Assembly: GCF_016903815.1 (NCBI RefSeq)
Contig: NZ_CP069973.1
Length of the DNA: 64,000 nucleotides
Source: Escherichia coli
GTDB lineage: Bacteria; Pseudomonadota; Gammaproteobacteria; Enterobacterales; Enterobacteriaceae
Reading direction: 5' to 3' (one strand)
Within the stretch, counting starts at the first letter, position 1; each line of letters starts with the position of its first letter. This document shows, piece after piece, positions 13,699 through 27,981 of this stretch. The notes beneath the pieces were generated by a model. The model did not search any database. It saw nothing but the letters and a program-made list of their open reading frames with translations, and was not told the DNA's origin. A program made the translations under genes and the position numbers.

Positions 13699-14329
13699 GT
13701 ATATCGTCATTGAGGGGCTGGAAGGCGCAGGCAAAACTACCGCGCGTAACGTGGTGGTTGAGACGCTCGAGCAACTGGGTATCCGCGACATGGTTTTCAC
13801 TCGGGAACCTGGCGGTACGCAACTTGCCGAAAAGTTAAGAAGCCTGGTACTGGATATCAAATCGGTAGGCGATGAAGTCATTACCGATAAAGCCGAAGTT
13901 CTGATGTTTTATGCCGCGCGCGTTCAACTGGTAGAAACGGTCATCAAACCTGCGCTGGCTAACGGCACCTGGGTGATTGGCGATCGCCACGATCTCTCCA
14001 CTCAGGCGTATCAGGGCGGCGGACGTGGTATTGACCAACATATGCTGGCAACACTGCGTGATGCTGTTCTCGGGGATTTTCGCCCCGACTTAACGCTCTA
14101 TCTCGATGTTACCCCGGAAGTTGGCTTAAAACGCGCGCGTGCGCGCGGCGAGCTGGATCGTATTGAGCAAGAGTCTTTCGATTTCTTTAATCGCACCCGC
14201 GCCCGCTATCTGGAACTGGCAGCACAAGATAAAAGCATTCATACCATTGATGCCACCCAGCCGCTGGAGTCCGTGATGGATGCAATCCGCACTACCGTGA
14301 CCAATTGGGTGAAGGAGTTGGACGCATGA
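13688..14329 (+). CDS. tmk: Thymidylate kinase
   Basis: 213-aa ORF; P-loop [10 protein letters not shown]. Confidence 0.95.
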
Positions 14330-15330
14330 GATGGTATCCATGGTTACGACCTGATTTCGAAAAACTGGTAGCCAGCTATCAGGCCGGAAGAGGTCACCAT
14401 GCGCTGCTCATTCAGGCGTTACCGGGCATGGGCGATGATGCTTTAATCTACGCCCTGAGCCGTTATTTACTCTGCCAACAACCGCAGGGCCACAAAAGTT
14501 GCGGTCACTGTCGTGGATGTCAGTTGATGCAGGCTGGCACGCATCCCGATTATTACACCCTGGCTCCCGAAAAAGGGAAAAATACGCTGGGCATTGATGC
14601 GGTACGTGAGGTCACTGAAAAACTGAATGAGCACGCCCGCTTAGGTGGTGCGAAAGTTGTCTGGGTAACCGATGCTGCCTTACTGACCGACGCCGCGGCT
14701 AACGCATTGCTGAAAACGCTTGAAGAGCCACCAGCAGAAACCTGGTTTTTCCTGGCTACCCGCGAGCCTGAACGTTTACTGGCAACATTACGTAGTCGTT
14801 GTCGGTTACATTACCTTGCGCCGCCGCCGGAACAGTACGCCGTGACCTGGCTTTCACGCGAAGTGACAATGTCACAGGATGCATTACTTGCCGCATTGCG
14901 CTTAAGCGCCGGTTCGCCTGGCGCGGCACTGGCGTTGTTTCAGGGAGATAACTGGCAGGCTCGTGAAACATTGTGTCAGGCGTTGGCATATAGCGTGCCA
15001 TCGGGCGACTGGTATTCGCTGCTAGCGGCCCTTAATCATGAACAAGCTCCGGCGCGTTTACACTGGCTGGCAACGTTGCTGATGGATGCGCTAAAACGCC
15101 ATCATGGCGCTGCGCAGGTGACCAATGTTGATGTGCCGGGACTGGTCGTCGAACTGGCAAACCATCTTTCTCCCTCGCGCCTGCAGGCTATACTGGGGGA
15201 TGTTTGCCACATTCGTGAACAGTTAATGTCTGTCACAGGCATCAACCGCGAGCTTCTCATCACCGATCTTTTACTGCGTATTGAGCATTACCTGCAACCG
15301 GGCGTTGTGCTACCGGTTCCTCATCTTTAA
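14326..15330 (+). CDS. holB: DNA polymerase III delta' subunit
   Basis: Start at internal Met ([14 protein letters not shown]) overlapping tmk stop; 334 aa. Confidence 0.9.
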
Positions 15331-15340
15331 GAGAGACATC

Positions 15341-16138
15341 ATGTTTTTAGTCGACTCACACTGCCATCTCGATGGTCTGGATTATGAATCTTTGCATAAG
15401 GACGTGGATGACGTTCTGGCGAAAGCCGCCGCACGCGATGTGAAATTTTGTCTGGCAGTCGCCACAACATTACCAGGTTATTTACATATGCGGGATCTGG
15501 TAGGCGAACGTGACAACGTCGTATTTTCTTGTGGCGTGCATCCACTCAACCAGAATGATCCCTACGATGTAGAAGATTTACGCCGTCTGGCGGCAGAAGA
15601 GGGTGTTGTAGCGCTGGGTGAAACCGGTCTGGATTATTATTACACACCGGAAACTAAAGTACGTCAGCAAGAGTCCTTCATTCATCATATCCAGATTGGT
15701 CGTGAACTGAACAAGCCGGTTATCGTCCATACCCGTGACGCCCGCGCCGATACGCTGGCAATTCTGCGCGAAGAAAAAGTGACGGATTGCGGTGGCGTAC
15801 TACACTGTTTTACAGAGGACAGAGAAACGGCGGGTAAATTACTGGATCTCGGATTTTACATCTCCTTTTCCGGCATTGTGACCTTCCGTAATGCGGAGCA
15901 ACTGCGCGATGCTGCGCGTTATGTCCCCCTGGATCGGTTACTGGTAGAAACTGACTCACCTTACCTTGCACCGGTTCCGCATCGAGGAAAAGAGAATCAA
16001 CCTGCGATGGTTCGTGACGTTGCAGAATACATGGCTGTGTTGAAAGGTGTTGCCGTTGAAGAACTGGCGCAGGTAACCACCGATAACTTCGCCCGTCTGT
16101 TTCACATCGACGCTTCCCGCCTTCAATCCATCCGTTGA
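15341..16138 (+). CDS. ycfH: TatD-family metal-dependent DNase YcfH
   Basis: Start at [11 protein letters not shown] (His-rich metal motif); 265 aa. Confidence 0.88.
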
Positions 16139-16432
16139 ATGAGTTTTTTTAAAGCTCGTAATTAATGGCTAAAACGAGTAAAGTTCACCGCCGAAAATTG
16201 GGCGGTGAATAACCACGTTTGAAATATTGTGACATATGTTTTGTCAAAATGTGCAACTTCTCCAATGATCTGAAGTTGAAACGTGATAGCCGTCAAACAA
16301 ATTGGCACTGAATTATTTTACTCTGTGTAATAAATAAAGGGCGCTTAGATGCCCTGTACACGGCGAGGCTCTCCCCCCTTGCCACGCGTGAGAACGTAAA
16401 AAAAGCACCCATACTCAGGAGCACTCTCAATT

Positions 16433-17866
16433 ATGTTTAAGAATGCATTTGCTAACCTGCAAAAGGTCGGTAAATCGCTGATGCTGCCGGTATCCGTACT
16501 GCCTATCGCAGGTATTCTGCTGGGCGTCGGTTCCGCGAATTTCAGCTGGCTGCCCGCCGTTGTATCGCATGTTATGGCAGAAGCAGGCGGTTCCGTCTTT
16601 GCAAACATGCCACTGATTTTTGCGATCGGTGTCGCCCTCGGCTTTACCAATAACGATGGCGTATCCGCGCTGGCCGCAGTTGTTGCCTATGGCATCATGG
16701 TTAAAACCATGGCCGTGGTTGCGCCACTGGTACTGCATTTACCTGCTGAAGAAATCGCCTCTAAACACCTGGCGGATACTGGCGTACTCGGAGGGATTAT
16801 CTCCGGTGCGATTGCAGCGTATATGTTTAACCGTTTCTACCGTATTAAGCTGCCTGAGTATCTTGGCTTCTTTGCCGGTAAACGCTTTGTGCCGATCATT
16901 TCTGGCCTGGCTGCCATCTTTACTGGCGTTGTGCTGTCCTTCATTTGGCCGCCGATTGGTTCTGCAATCCAGACCTTCTCTCAGTGGGCTGCTTACCAGA
17001 ACCCGGTAGTTGCGTTTGGCATTTACGGTTTCATCGAACGTTGCCTGGTACCGTTTGGTCTGCACCACATCTGGAACGTACCTTTCCAGATGCAAATTGG
17101 TGAATACACCAACGCAGCAGGTCAGGTTTTCCACGGCGACATTCCGCGTTATATGGCGGGTGACCCGACTGCGGGTAAACTGTCTGGTGGCTTCCTGTTC
17201 AAAATGTACGGTCTGCCAGCTGCCGCAATTGCTATCTGGCACTCTGCTAAACCAGAAAACCGCGCGAAAGTGGGCGGTATTATGATCTCCGCGGCGCTGA
17301 CCTCGTTCCTGACCGGTATCACCGAGCCGATCGAGTTCTCCTTCATGTTCGTTGCGCCGATCCTGTACATCATCCACGCGATTCTGGCAGGCCTGGCATT
17401 CCCAATCTGTATTCTTCTGGGGATGCGTGACGGTACGTCGTTCTCGCACGGTCTGATCGACTTCATCGTTCTGTCTGGTAACAGCAGCAAACTGTGGCTG
17501 TTCCCGATCGTCGGTATCGGTTATGCGATTGTTTACTACACCATCTTCCGCGTGCTGATTAAAGCACTGGATCTGAAAACGCCGGGTCGTGAAGACGCGA
17601 CTGAAGATGCAAAAGCGACAGGTACCAGCGAAATGGCACCGGCTCTGGTTGCTGCATTTGGTGGTAAAGAAAACATTACTAACCTCGACGCATGTATTAC
17701 CCGTCTGCGCGTCAGCGTTGCTGATGTGTCTAAAGTGGATCAGGCTGGCCTGAAGAAACTGGGCGCAGCGGGCGTAGTGGTTGCTGGTTCTGGTGTTCAG
17801 GCGATTTTCGGTACTAAATCCGATAACCTGAAAACCGAGATGGATGAGTACATCCGTAACCACTAA
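16433..17866 (+). CDS. ptsG: PTS glucose-specific EIICB component
   Basis: 477-aa ORF: multi-pass membrane domain plus C-terminal IIB domain (CITRLR). Confidence 0.95.
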
Positions 17867-17888
17867 TCCGTAAGACGTTGGGGAGACT

Positions 17889-17915
17889 AAGGCAGCCGGA
17901 TGGCTGCCTTTTTTA
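17889..17915 (+). terminator. Rho-independent terminator after ptsG
   Basis: aaggcagccggatggctgcctttttt. Confidence 0.7.
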
Positions 17916-17925
17916 CAGGTGTTAT

Positions 17926-20115
17926 TCAGAATTGATACGTGCCGGTAATGCTGAAATTACGCGGTGCGCCGTAGACGATAGAACCTTCCACGTTGGTATC
18001 GTAGGTTTTGTCGAACAGGTTATTGACGTTCCCCTGTAACGAGAAGTTTTTCGTCACCTGGTAGCGGGTGAAGAGATCCACCAGCGCGTAGCTACCTTGC
18101 TCGGCGCGGAAGGTGCCATACGGTGTCACGGTGTCGGTATACACGCGATTTTGCCAGTTAACACCACCGCCGACCGTCAACTCTGGCATGACAGGCAACC
18201 GGTAGCTGGTGAACATTTTAACCGTGGTGCGTGGCAGATTAGGATTAACGGCGTTTCCTTCGTTATCCTCTGCAATATAGCGTGTTGCGCCAAACGTCAG
18301 CTGCCAGTTGTCGGTAATTGCGCCGTTGAGTTCAAATTCCACACCTTTACTGACTGTCCCATCCACCGCTTTATAGGCGGTTTCGCCGTTGCTGCCGGGG
18401 ATAGGTGTACCGGTGGACTGAGCGACATTATCCTGCTCAATACGGAAGATGGCTAACGTGGTGATCAGACGGCTATTCATCCAGTCCGATTTCAGACCCA
18501 GCTCGTAGTTGTTACCGGTGATTGGAGCCAGATATTTGCCTGAACTGTCACGATCATTTTGCGGCTGGAAAATAGAGGTATAGCTGGCGTAGGTCGACCA
18601 GTTGTCATTGATGTCAAACACCAGACCAGCATAAGGCGTGGTGTGGTTTTTCTCCATGCTGTAAGTCAGCGTATCAACCCGCCAGTTGGTATATCGCGCG
18701 CCGAGGATCAGATGCAGCGGATCGGCAAGGGTGACACGAGTGGCAGCATATAACGATTTCATATGTGTGGTATCGTCCTGCGCCAGGCTCTGTGGTGACC
18801 AGTCGGTTTGTGGGAAATTGCCATTAAAGTTGTAGAAACTGCCAATTTCATCCGGGAAGATGTTTGCCCATGAACTGAAGTAACGATTGTTTTGTTTGCT
18901 GTAACTGCCACCAAACATTAGATTGTGCTGACGACCAAACAATTCATAACTACCGTCAGCAAACAAATCCAGCGCATCAACTTTACGTTTGCCGCTGTTC
19001 CAACCGGTGCCGCCGACATAATCAAAGCCAGGTCCATAATTACTGTATGGCCCAACCAGCATACCATCCGCTTTATTTACATAGGCATCGACATACATCA
19101 TTTTACTGTCAAATTCGACTTCGGAGTGGGTGGCATTCAGTGTCGCTTGCCAGGTATCAGCAAACCGCTGCTTGAGGGTCATAAAGACCTTGTTGATCTC
19201 TTTATCGTTATACGCCCAGTCAGGTGCGGTACTGCGTGCGCGATCGTAACTGTTGCTGCTGCCATCAGTATTCCAGCGCGGTAAACCGCCCCAGGTTGGG
19301 TTATTAACATCAATGCGCTGATATTCGTAACCGGCTGAAAGCGTCGTAAGATCGCCTAAATCAGCATCGACAATGCCGGAGAAGAAGGTCTTTTCACTGT
19401 TGTAGCGGTCCAGCCATGAGTCGTTATTCTGGTAGCCACCGACAATTCGCGCGCGGAATTTACCATCTTCGGTGAGTGGGCTTTGTAAATCCGCCACATA
19501 CCGTTCTTTGTTCCAGCTACCGTATTCCGCCGAGACATCGCCTTTAAATTCACGACTGGTCGCGTGTTTTCGAACCATATTAATTGCCGCAGATGGATTA
19601 CCCGTCCCGGTCATGAGTCCTGTCGCGCCACGCACTACTTCTACGCGTTCAAACAGTGCCATATCAGAAAGTGCGTCGCCCAGATTCCAGCGCGATTCAA
19701 AATAGGTGGGGATACCATCAACCATATAGTTATCGATCTGGAATCCGCGGGAATAATAAAGAGCACGATCGGAATCCGCCTGACTTTTGCTGATCCCCAG
19801 CGTGTTTTCCATCACTTCGCCCAGCGTTTGCAACTGCTGATCTTCCATCCGCTGCTGGCTAACAATAGTGACCGACTGAGGAATATCACGTTGAGTCATC
19901 TGCATTTTGGTTCCTGCAGAAGTAGACGTTACGCTGTAATCATTTTCGCCATCATCTGGAGCTGTGGCTGAACCCTCAACAATCACCGTTTCTTCAGTGG
20001 CTGGTGCAGCAAAAGCGGCAGAAGGTAATAGTGCCAGTACAATGCAACCGGCAAGTAGTGACGGTTTGGTGATGGCTTGATATTGATTATCCCTGTTAAA
20101 TTGTGTTGAAAGCAT
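17926..20115 (-). CDS. fhuE: TonB-dependent ferric coprogen/rhodotorulic acid receptor
   Basis: 729-aa ORF with signal peptide, plug domain and C-terminal beta-barrel ending in aromatic residue. Confidence 0.9.
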   Translation of the reverse strand: MLSTQFNRDNQYQAITKPSLLAGCIVLALLPSAAFAAPATEETVIVEGSATAPDDGENDYSVTSTSAGTKMQMTQRDIPQSVTIVSQQRMEDQQLQTLGEVMENTLGISKSQADSDRALYYSRGFQIDNYMVDGIPTYFESRWNLGDALSDMALFERVEVVRGATGLMTGTGNPSAAINMVRKHATSREFKGDVSAEYGSWNKERYVADLQSPLTEDGKFRARIVGGYQNNDSWLDRYNSEKTFFSGIVDADLGDLTTLSAGYEYQRIDVNNPTWGGLPRWNTDGSSNSYDRARSTAPDWAYNDKEINKVFMTLKQRFADTWQATLNATHSEVEFDSKMMYVDAYVNKADGMLVGPYSNYGPGFDYVGGTGWNSGKRKVDALDLFADGSYELFGRQHNLMFGGSYSKQNNRYFSSWANIFPDEIGSFYNFNGNFPQTDWSPQSLAQDDTTHMKSLYAATRVTLADPLHLILGARYTNWRVDTLTYSMEKNHTTPYAGLVFDINDNWSTYASYTSIFQPQNDRDSSGKYLAPITGNNYELGLKSDWMNSRLITTLAIFRIEQDNVAQSTGTPIPGSNGETAYKAVDGTVSKGVEFELNGAITDNWQLTFGATRYIAEDNEGNAVNPNLPRTTVKMFTSYRLPVMPELTVGGGVNWQNRVYTDTVTPYGTFRAEQGSYALVDLFTRYQVTKNFSLQGNVNNLFDKTYDTNVEGSIVYGAPRNFSITGTYQF

Positions 20116-20448
20116 TTGAAATCTCTAGGTTTATGTTGTCGTCAGGCTCATGCCGGAGGAGGGTGATGAGCGGTTATATTTAGTGTGCGAATAATTTTGC
20201 ATGTAAATGCAAATGAGAAATATACGCATTCATATTTGACGTGTAAACCAAACAGAGAATGTCTTTTCAGCGCATTCGCAGGCAGAAATGGGAATAATGG
20301 CGATATATACGGCAGCAAAACGATTTTTTGCTTAAGAAATCGTGAGTTAAGGTTGAAAGAGCAGGTTTAACTCGACCATACTCTATACTCGCAGTGTGGC
20401 GCGGCGTAGCATGGCGCAACGCATGGCTATTTGAAAAAGGAAAATGTC

Positions 20449-20808
20449 GTGGCAGAAGAAACTATATTCAGCAAAATTATTCGTCGTGAGATCCCCTCCG
20501 ATATCGTCTACCAGGATGATCTGGTAACGGCGTTTCGCGATATTTCGCCGCAAGCGCCAACGCATATTCTGATCATTCCGAATATCCTCATTCCGACTGT
20601 GAACGACGTGTCTGCTGAGCATGAGCAGGCGCTGGGACGCATGATCACCGTAGCGGCAAAAATTGCTGAGCAAGAAGGTATTGCCGAAGATGGCTATCGT
20701 CTGATCATGAACACCAACCGCCACGGCGGACAAGAGGTTTACCACATCCATATGCACTTGTTGGGTGGCCGTCCGCTGGGACCAATGCTGGCGCATAAAG
20801 GTCTGTAA
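20449..20808 (+). CDS. hinT: HIT-family purine nucleoside phosphoramidase
   Basis: GTG start giving [16 protein letters not shown]...; histidine triad HIHMHLLGG; 119 aa. Confidence 0.9.
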   Translation: MAEETIFSKIIRREIPSDIVYQDDLVTAFRDISPQAPTHILIIPNILIPTVNDVSAEHEQALGRMITVAAKIAEQEGIAEDGYRLIMNTNRHGGQEVYHIHMHLLGGRPLGPMLAHKGL

Positions 20809-20810
20809 CG

Positions 20811-21188
20811 ATGAGAAAAGGATGCTTTGGGCTGGTGTCTCTGGCGTTGTTAGTGCTGGTGGGCTGTCGTTCACATCCGGAAATTCCGGTGAATGATGAG
20901 CAATCGCTGGTGATGGAGTCATCTTTATTGGCTGCGGGCATCAGTGCAGAAAAGCCCGTCCTTTCGACGTCTGATATTCAACCTTCAGCATCCTCAACGC
21001 TTTATAACGAAAGGCAAGAACCCGTTACCGTTCATTATCGTTTTTACTGGTATGACGCCAGAGGGCTGGAGATGCATCCTCTGGAAAGGCCACGCAGCGT
21101 TACCATTCCCGCACATTCGGCGGTAACGCTGTACGGCAGCGCCAATTTTCTGGGGGCGCACAAAGTCAGACTTTATCTATATTTGTAA
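20811..21188 (+). CDS. ycfL: Lipoprotein YcfL
   Basis: 125-aa ORF with lipobox LVGC. Confidence 0.85.
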   Translation: MRKGCFGLVSLALLVLVGCRSHPEIPVNDEQSLVMESSLLAAGISAEKPVLSTSDIQPSASSTLYNERQEPVTVHYRFYWYDARGLEMHPLERPRSVTIPAHSAVTLYGSANFLGAHKVRLYLYL

Positions 21189-21201
21189 GGGGTGAATCTT
21201 G

Positions 21202-21823
21202 ATGACAAAAATGAGTCGCTACGCCTTGATTACCGCGCTGGCGATGTTTCTCGCCGGGTGTGTGGGGCAACGTGAACCTGCGCCGGTAGAAGAAGTGAAA
21301 CCAGCGCCGGAACAACCAGCCGAGCCACAACAGCCTGTCCCCACAGTGCCATCGGTGCCGACAATACCGCAGCAGCCAGGCCCAATTGAGCACGAAGATC
21401 AAACTGCACCGCCTGCGCCGCATATTCGCCATTATGACTGGAATGGCGCAATGCAGCCGATGGTCAGTAAGATGCTTGGGGCTGACGGCGTGACTGCGGG
21501 TAGCGTCCTGCTGGTTGATAGCGTTAACAACCGTACTAACGGTTCGCTGAATGCCGCAGAAGCGACCGAAACGCTGCGAAATGCGCTGGCTAATAACGGT
21601 AAATTTACCCTGGTTTCCGCCCAGCAGCTGTCGATGGCTAAGCAACAGTTAGGTTTGTCGCCGCAGGACAGTTTAGGCACCCGTAGTAAAGCCATAGGCA
21701 TTGCCCGCAATGTCGGCGCTCATTACGTGCTGTACTCCAGCGCCTCTGGCAACGTTAACGCTCCGACCCTACAAATGCAGCTGATGCTGGTGCAGACGGG
21801 CGAAATTATCTGGTCAGGTAAAG

Positions 21824-21843
<20 letters not shown>
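21202..21843 (+). CDS. lpoB: Outer-membrane lipoprotein activator of PBP1B
   Basis: Lipobox LAGC, Pro-rich linker, 213 aa. Confidence 0.88.
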
Positions 21844-23684
<1,841 letters not shown>

Positions 23685-23706
23685 CCCTGGCTTATGTGAG
23701 GAAGCG

Positions 23707-24249
23707 ATGATTATCTATTTACACGGTTTTGACTCTAACAGTCCGGGTAACCACGAGAAAGTCTTACAATTGCAGTTTATTGACCCGGATGTACGCTTGA
23801 TAAGCTACAGTACGCGGCATCCGAAACATGATATGCAGCATCTGCTTAAAGAAGTGGACAAAATGTTGCAACTGAACGTTGACGAGCGTCCGCTAATTTG
23901 CGGCGTTGGTCTGGGCGGATACTGGGCAGAACGGATTGGTTTTCTTTGCGACATCCGCCAGGTGATCTTCAACCCTAATTTGTTCCCTTATGAGAACATG
24001 GAAGGCAAGATTGATCGCCCGGAAGAGTATGCCGATATTGCCACTAAGTGTGTGACCAACTTCCGCGAAAAGAATCGCGATCGTTGCCTGGTGATTTTGT
24101 CGCGTAATGATGAAGCGCTTAACAGCCAGCGGACATCTGAAGAGTTGCATCATTATTACGAGATTGTCTGGGACGAAGAGCAGACGCACAAATTTAAGAA
24201 TATCTCCCCGCATTTGCAGCGCATTAAAGCGTTCAAAACCCTCGGGTAA
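23707..24249 (+). CDS. ycfP: UPF0227 esterase-like protein YcfP
   Basis: Start at [10 protein letters not shown]; 180 aa. Confidence 0.85.
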
Positions 24250-24254
24250 ATGCC

Positions 24255-24385
<131 letters not shown>

Positions 24386-24648
24386 CTCCATACACACCTC
24401 ACTCTATATCACTCTCACAAATTCGCTCAAATAATAAACAACAAACTCTGTTTTTTGATCTCACCCGGTAAAGTCGCCTATCTTTTCAGCAACAAAACTT
24501 GATTAACATCAATTTTGGTATGACCAATGCACCATTCATGTTATTCTCATTAGCGAAGAACATTTTCATTGCTGTAACCTGTTGTTAATTAAGAGCCATG
24601 TTAATAACCATTAATTAACAATTGGTTAATAAATTTAAGGGGGTCACG

Positions 24649-25953
24649 TTGACTACGCCATTGAAAAAAATTGTGATTGTCGGCGGCGGTGCTGGTGGGC
24701 TGGAAATGGCAACACAGCTGGGGCATAAGCTGGGACGCAAGAAAAAAGCCAAAATTACGCTGGTCGATCGTAACCACAGCCACCTGTGGAAACCGCTGCT
24801 GCACGAAGTAGCGACTGGCTCGCTTGATGAAGGCGTCGATGCGTTGAGCTATCTGGCCCATGCGCGCAATCATGGTTTCCAGTTCCAGCTGGGTTCCGTC
24901 ATTGATATTGATCGTGAAGCGAAAACAATCACTATTGCAGAACTGCGCGACGAGAAAGGTGAACTGCTGGTTCCGGAACGTAAAATCGCCTATGACACTC
25001 TGGTAATGGCGCTGGGTAGCACCTCTAACGATTTCAATACACCAGGTGTCAAAGAGAACTGCATTTTCCTCGATAACCCGCACCAGGCGCGTCGCTTCCA
25101 CCAGGAGATGCTGAATCTGTTCCTGAAATACTCCGCCAACCTGGGCGCGAATGGCAAAGTGAACATTGCGATTGTCGGTGGCGGCGCGACGGGTGTAGAA
25201 CTCTCCGCTGAATTGCACAACGCGGTCAAGCAACTGCACAGCTACGGCTATAAAGGTCTGACCAACGAAGCCCTGAACGTAACGCTGGTAGAAGCGGGCG
25301 AACGTATTTTGCCTGCATTACCGCCACGTATCTCTGCTGCGGCCCATAATGAGTTAACGAAACTTGGCGTTCGCGTGCTGACGCAAACCATGGTCACCAG
25401 TGCTGATGAAGGCGGCCTGCATACTAAAGATGGCGAATATATTGAGGCTGATCTGATGGTGTGGGCAGCCGGGATCAAAGCGCCAGACTTCCTGAAAGAT
25501 ATCGGTGGTCTTGAAACCAACCGTATCAACCAGCTGGTGGTGGAACCGACGCTGCAAACCACTCGCGATCCAGACATTTACGCTATTGGCGATTGCGCGT
25601 CATGCCCGCGTCCGGAAGGGGGCTTTGTTCCGCCGCGCGCTCAGGCTGCACACCAGATGGCAACTTGCGCAATGAACAACATTCTGGCGCAGATGAATGG
25701 TAAGCCGCTGAAAAATTATCAGTATAAAGATCACGGTTCTCTGGTATCGCTGTCGAACTTCTCCACCGTCGGTAGCCTGATGGGTAACCTGACGCGCGGC
25801 TCAATGATGATTGAAGGACGAATTGCGCGCTTTGTATACATCTCGCTATACAGAATGCATCAGATTGCGCTGCATGGTTACTTTAAAACCGGATTAATGA
25901 TGCTGGTGGGGAGTATTAACCGCGTTATCCGTCCACGTTTGAAGTTGCATTAA
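24649..25953 (+). CDS. ndh: Type II NADH:quinone oxidoreductase (NDH-2)
   Basis: TTG start after RBS aagggggt; two GxGxxG FAD/NAD motifs; 434 aa. Confidence 0.92.
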
Positions 25954-25959
25954 TCGGCT

Positions 25960-26055
<96 letters not shown>

Positions 26056-26179
26056 CCTTCAGACTCCTCCGAATCCCTAAGTATTTCCAGCCATTCCCGC
26101 GCTTTTCATCTTCTGTCTGATAGCTGCTTTTCTCCTTCGCTTGCATGATTGGCATAACAGCAAAGAAGGAGGTGTTCCC

Positions 26180-26719
26180 GTGAATAAATCAATGTTGGCG
26201 GGTATGGGGATTGGTGTCGCAGCTGCGTTGGGCGTAGCGGCAGTGGCCAGTCTGAACGTGTTTGAACGTGGCCCGCAATACGCTCAGGTTGTTTCTGCAA
26301 CCCCAATCAAGGAAACGGTTAAAACACCGCGTCAGGAGTGTCGCAACGTCACAGTGACCCATCGTCGACCGGTGCAGGATGAAAATCGCATTACCGGGTC
26401 GGTGCTCGGCGCTGTTGCTGGCGGCGTGATAGGGCATCAGTTTGGCGGTGGTCGCGGTAAAGATGTCGCCACTGTTGTGGGGGCGCTGGGAGGTGGCTAT
26501 GCCGGTAACCAGATCCAGGGCTCTCTCCAGGAAAGCGATACTTACACGACTACGCAACAGCGTTGTAAAACGGTGTATGACAAGTCAGAAAAAATGCTCG
26601 GTTATGATGTGACCTATAAGATTGGCGATCAGCAGGGCAAAATCCGCATGGATCGCGATCCGGGTACGCAGATCCCGCTAGATAGTAACGGGCAACTGAT
26701 TTTGAATAACAAAGTATAA
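26180..26719 (+). CDS. ycfJ: Gly-rich outer-membrane protein YcfJ
   Basis: GTG start after RBS aggagg; 179 aa. Confidence 0.85.
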   Translation: MNKSMLAGMGIGVAAALGVAAVASLNVFERGPQYAQVVSATPIKETVKTPRQECRNVTVTHRRPVQDENRITGSVLGAVAGGVIGHQFGGGRGKDVATVVGALGGGYAGNQIQGSLQESDTYTTTQQRCKTVYDKSEKMLGYDVTYKIGDQQGKIRMDRDPGTQIPLDSNGQLILNNKV

Positions 26720-26740
26720 CAAGGCTGTACTCTGCAATTT

Positions 26741-26775
26741 GGCCCCTCATTCGCTCAGGCTGAGGGGCTTTTTTT
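26741..26775. terminator. Bidirectional rho-independent terminator between ycfJ and comR
   Basis: ggcccctcattcgctcaggctgaggggcttttttt. Confidence 0.7.
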
Positions 26776-26780
26776 GCGAC

Positions 26781-27413
26781 TTATTTCACCAGTTCGGGCC
26801 ATAAACGCAAAGTCGTTCCGGCAATCTGCATCAGTTTTTCCAGCGATGCACCTTCGCGTGCGCTGATCGACATCCCCTGAATAATACAATTAAGGAATTC
26901 AGCCAGATGCGTCACGTCACAGTGGGTCGGGATTTCCCCGCGCGCTTGTCGTTGACATAAAAACTGCTGCAAAGTGCGCTCTTGCATCGCATGGCGTGAT
27001 TTCAGCGTATTGGCGATATCTCCGGAATCCGGGGAGAGGGTGGTGCAGTTGTTGATCATAAAGCAGCCAGCCGGGGTGTCTTTGCTGGTAAAGCAGTTGG
27101 CGACGGCAGCAAAATAGTCAGCCAGCGCAGACTCCACGCTTTTCTCTTCACAAAACAGCTGTGCTTCATGCTTAGCGGCAAAACGATCGATATAGCGGTC
27201 GAGTACGGCGCGAAATAACCCCTCTTTGTTGGTAAATTCCGCGTATAGCGTGGGCGCTTTGGCTCCGGTCGCTTCGACGAGGTCCGCAAGAGAAGTCGCT
27301 TCATAACCGTGCTGCCAGAACAATTTCATGGCCTTATCAAGCGCGGCATCCCTGTCGAACACTTTTGGGCGGCCACGGCTTTTTTTTACACATTGTGTTG
27401 AGTCAGTTGCCAT
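26781..27413 (-). CDS. comR: TetR-family repressor ComR (YcfQ)
   Basis: Start at MATDSTQCVKKSRGRPK; TetR-type HTH; 210 aa. Confidence 0.88.
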   Translation of the reverse strand: MATDSTQCVKKSRGRPKVFDRDAALDKAMKLFWQHGYEATSLADLVEATGAKAPTLYAEFTNKEGLFRAVLDRYIDRFAAKHEAQLFCEEKSVESALADYFAAVANCFTSKDTPAGCFMINNCTTLSPDSGDIANTLKSRHAMQERTLQQFLCQRQARGEIPTHCDVTHLAEFLNCIIQGMSISAREGASLEKLMQIAGTTLRLWPELVK

Positions 27414-27653
27414 GATGCCGTTGTACCTGGTGACTGTGATTGAAAGGTTATTATAAAAATAATCACCTCCGTTCACCAGTCCACAAACCATAAAAATAAT
27501 TGCTTTCTATTTAACTGAAATTTAAAGATTTTTAAATTAATTAATGATTGTTATAAAAAATATCTTGTATGTGATCCAGATCACATCTATCATTTAGTTA
27601 TCGATCGTTAAGTAATTGTTTGCGACGTCATTCATCTGCATAAGGCCACTATT

Positions 27654-27911
27654 ATGAAAAACGTAAAAACCCTCATCGCTGCGGCGATTTTAAGCTCCAT
27701 GTCATTTGCCAGCTTTGCGGCTGTCGAAGTTCAGTCAACGCCAGAAGGCCAACAAAAAGTCGGTACTATCAGTGCTAACGCGGGGACAAATCTGGGATCG
27801 CTGGAAGAGCAGCTGGCGCAAAAAGCGGATGAGATGGGCGCAAAATCATTCCGTATTACTTCTGTAACCGGTCCAAATACCCTCCATGGAACAGCAGTAA
27901 TTTATAAATAA
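27654..27911 (+). CDS. bhsA: Multiple stress resistance protein BhsA (YcfR)
   Basis: 85-aa ORF with signal peptide, YdgH/BhsA family. Confidence 0.9.
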   Translation: MKNVKTLIAAAILSSMSFASFAAVEVQSTPEGQQKVGTISANAGTNLGSLEEQLAQKADEMGAKSFRITSVTGPNTLHGTAVIYK

Positions 27912-27950
27912 GCATTAACCCTCATTAATGCCTGCTACTGCTGATTTTTT

Positions 27951-27981
27951 CCCCGCGACATGCCGTGTCGCGGGGATTTTT
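27951..27981 (+). terminator. Rho-independent terminator after bhsA
   Basis: ccccgcgacatgccgtgtcgcggggattttt; IS200 copy 2 begins in its T-tail. Confidence 0.7.

Noticed and set aside
16739-17863. 374-aa minus-strand ORF
   Set aside because: Entirely antisense to ptsG, which has the recognisable EIICB sequence; shadow ORF
20116-20430. Fur box in the fhuE promoter region
   Set aside because: AT-rich palindrome-like sequence (ataattttgcatgtaaatgcaaatgag) is present but I could not match a 19-bp Fur consensus confidently, so no site is called
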